A stretch of DNA of 63,107 nt, counting the filler, from Neolecta irregularis DAH-3 (lineage: Eukaryota): NCBI GenBank assembly GCA_001929475.1. It is 13 parts of 13 records of this genome, joined end to end, with 100 filler letters (N's around TTAATTAATTAA, not from the genome) between each part and the next. Parts side by side here need not be neighbours in the genome. Positions count along the whole stretch, not along the records: positions 58,355 to 63,107 come from LXFE01001334.1; 12 more parts are not named here. One strand, 5' to 3'. This document shows positions 61,457-63,107 of the stretch, one piece after another. The position numbers and the translations under genes were made by a program. Below the pieces are notes generated by a model that worked only from the letters and a program-made list of their open reading frames with translations, did no database searches and was not told the DNA's origin. How positions within the stretch are numbered: the first letter of the stretch is position 1; every line of letters starts with the position of its first letter.

Positions 61457-63107
61457 CTAAACATTTAATGGTGGAGAAGTTCCAACGACCAATTTAGCGA
61501 TTCCGTTGATGAGTCTAGTAGTTTCGGTGATGGGTCCAGTCTGTATAATTGACGACGGGGGATTTTTAAAAGAGGTATCTGCAAGATCCACTGAATCTCG
61601 AAAAGGATCGTCACGTGCGAGGGAATCAGAACCAGAAGTTCTATCTCGAAAAGGACTGTCACGTGCAAGGGAATCAGAATCACAAGTTCTATCTCGAAAA
61701 GGACCGTCGCTTATGAGGGAATCAGAACCGGCAGAAGTTCTAGGACCATGATTGGGTGGGGGCGACCGTAGACTCTGCAAACTGCCATATTTAATTGTTA
61801 CCGAGGGGTTTTTCGTATTGATGGGCTTTGAAGCCTTATTACTCGGGGCAAGGGGCTTTAAGGGTTGATTTTCGGTATTTCTTGGGGGGAATTTGTACGA
61901 ATAGGGGTGTCTTTTCAGACCGCGGGGGATATCGATGAAGACATCAGTTTCATCGACTATTTCCTCGCCGATGAGCTCTTCAATTACTGAGAGTGAGAAT
62001 GAGAGAATGCAGGGGGGATAGGTACCGTCTTCGAGAGTCAAGACTCCTAGTGCGCCGTGGGATTCTCCTGGGAAGCGGGAGACTAGGACCATGTGGCTTT
62101 TCCCTTCCTGAAAAAAGTTTAGGATGTCGAGGCAAGATGTGTCTGGTTTTGTTTCCGGGAGGGTGGCGAGGGCGAAGGAGCTGACGGGGAGAGCGTCTTC
62201 CGGGTCGTATGTGATTAGCGTTTTGACGAGGAGCATTCCGACAAAGTCGAGCGGGCGGCCGGGGGCGTGGATCGGGATTCTGGAGTACCCTGCGGACAGG
62301 ATCTGGTAGTCAGTGCGGGGGAGGGGGCGATGGCAAGCGTGCCTCGTCGACGGCCTGTTCGTTCATGACGGTGTCTGCGGCCATGGTGAAGACGTCGAGC
62401 ATGGGGGTCATGATGGTGCCGACGGGTTTTTCCCTGAGATCGAGGACGGCCTGGATGATTGTGACTTCGTCCTGGTTGAGCCTGTCTGCGCCAAAGGAGT
62501 GGTGCAGCATGACCAAGTGCTTGAGGCCGGCCTTCTTGTACAGGGTGCCGTGGGAGTCGCCGAGGAGGCAGTCGAGGAGGAGGGCGGCGGGGTAGGAGAC
62601 GGGGAAGGAGAGATACATGAGCGCGAGGACGATTCTGGATCAGCGGGGAGGGCGCAGCAGGGGCGTACGGGGCGAAGAGGGCGCCGATGCGCAGGCCGTA
62701 GCGCACGCACACCGCCTGCGGCACGACTCTGCGGCGGTCAGCGCGCGGCCGACGCACAGCAGCGGTACTCGCCCACGACAACGACCAGGCCGACGGAGAG
62801 CAGCACCGCCGGCCAGCCGCCGCCCAACACGCGGTCCATGACGACGGGCAGCGTCTGCGGTCAGCTGCGGATGCCGCAGAGCGCACCTCGTTCGTCGCAA
62901 CGTTGCTGAGCAGCAGCGTCACGAGCACCCAGTGTTTGCCGCGCTGCAGCAGCCGCAGCACCCGCGCGGCGTGTTTCTGCTCGCGCGCATCGCCCGAGGC
63001 CCGCAGCACCTGCAGCTGGCCGGTCAGCACAGCAGTCGCAGGCGCGGCACCGTCACCGTGTCCTGGCCCATCAGCGCAATCGTCAGCCCGGCAAAGAGGC
63101 CGCCCGC
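61457..63107 (-). CDS. MAM3: Mam3/CNNM (DUF21 + CBS pair) metal transporter; 5' end lies beyond the window
   Basis: [93 protein letters not shown]. Confidence 0.93.

Noticed and set aside
62215-63030. Long overlapping ORFs in the GC-rich end
   Set aside because: Intron read-through and antisense frames of MAM3 caused by stop-codon scarcity at high GC.

Overview
Gene-dense draft fungal genomic DNA with very short introns (about 32-45 nt in those I traced). Gene content and intron style suggest an early-diverging ascomycete such as Taphrinomycotina; this is an inference only. Contigs are joined by artificial N-TTAATTAATTAA-N linkers. Recognisable genes: PDR-type ABC transporter, multi-RRM protein, ATP12, Gfd2/YDR514C-like DEDD nuclease, twin-CX9C Mix14-like protein, valyl-tRNA synthetase, 2-methylcitrate dehydratase, ERV46, PQ-loop transporter, Bet1-like SNARE, LHS1, partial MSH3, DPH6, SulP sulfate permease, maltose-acetyltransferase-like enzyme, partial MAM3/CNNM, two divergent F-box-like genes, and intron-containing tRNA-Ser(GCU) and tRNA-Gln(UUG). 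There is a decayed transposon island (pogo/Fot1 plus two LTR retroelements, about 25.3-31.4 kb) and a MITE nest (about 47.6-48.5 kb). The most interesting signal is missed by the ORF track: a tandem family of three tiny secreted prepropeptide genes at 32.8-34.8 kb (two intact and spliced, one pseudogene). They share signal peptide and promoter, and the two intact copies share intron position, but their cores differ sharply. One core is indolicidin-like (YLPWRPWPWRPWG) and the other is His/Trp-rich.
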